IMG/VR virus record: IMGVR_UViG_3300045988_053841
DNA from: a virus
Direction: 5' to 3' (one strand)
Length of the DNA: 41,047 nucleotides
Every line of letters begins with the position of its first letter. Position 1 is the stretch's first letter. The translations under genes and the position numbers were made by a program. The notes beneath the pieces were generated by a model, which had not been told where the DNA came from, searched no databases, and saw nothing but the letters and a program-made list of their open reading frames with translations. Below are positions 40,929-41,047 of this stretch, in pieces.

Positions 40929-41047
40929 AAAGCCTTGTGGCACAAAGCTTGCGTGGAAAATTTGATAAAACGTGGAAAGACATAAAAAATCAAAAATGGC
41001 ATGGGCAACAATCCTATGGTCGGCGCGACCGTGGCCGTGGCTGTTGC
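40929..41047. repeat. Terminal direct repeat, copy B
   Basis: Identical to bases 1-119. Confidence 0.9.

Noticed and set aside
1-41047. The 119-bp terminal repeats as attL/attR of an integrated prophage; also tRNA, rRNA and CRISPR genes
   Set aside because: There is no host sequence outside the repeats, and the int/attP-like region is continuous across the junction, so an integrated state is not supported. I saw no tRNA-like T-arm (GGTTCGAATCC-type) cloverleaf candidates, no rRNA and no repeat-spacer arrays. A by-eye scan could still miss a tRNA.

Overview
The window is a complete GC-rich temperate phage genome written as a closed circle. Bases 1-119 are identical to 40929-41047, so the unique length is 40,928 bp. 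AGGAGG-type ribosome-binding sites and TTGACA-17-TATAAT promoters point to a Firmicutes/Clostridia-like host; this is inference only. Coding is almost entirely on the + strand. The module order is as follows. (1) attP region with arm-type repeats, a tyrosine integrase, a membrane-anchored HTH protein, a CI-like/Cro-like switch, a YHYH moron and an excisionase-like gene. (2) Early genes, including a PcfK-like/PcfJ-like/DUF3102 trio. (3) TerL at 9.6 kb. (4) About 6 kb of small genes, a minus-strand three-gene cassette, a HUH Rep-like gene, an RHH gene and an HNH gene. (5) TerS, portal, scaffold, capsid, a collagen-like fibre and related structural genes. (6) A diversity-generating retroelement (DGR). 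(7) Holin and amidase. (8) A 436-aa protein and a 1959-aa giant protein. (9) A membrane zinc-ribbon moron next to attP. The main result is the DGR: target gene with VR1, an Avd-like gene, the template repeat (TR) and a reverse transcriptase with YMDD. A second, remote variable repeat (VR2) lies 24 kb away in the early region. Every TR/VR mismatch I can read falls on a TR adenine, and both VRs are followed by a conserved 45-nt block containing a GC hairpin. The second result is a short peptide motif, (E/Q/K)-M-P-V-L-(G), with no function I recognise. It repeats six times at the C-terminus of the giant protein, occurs again at its N-terminus, and appears once in each of two unrelated membrane morons. 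I found no tRNA, rRNA or CRISPR array. The very long minus-strand ORFs (1854 aa, 1873 aa and others) are antisense artefacts of GC-rich coding.
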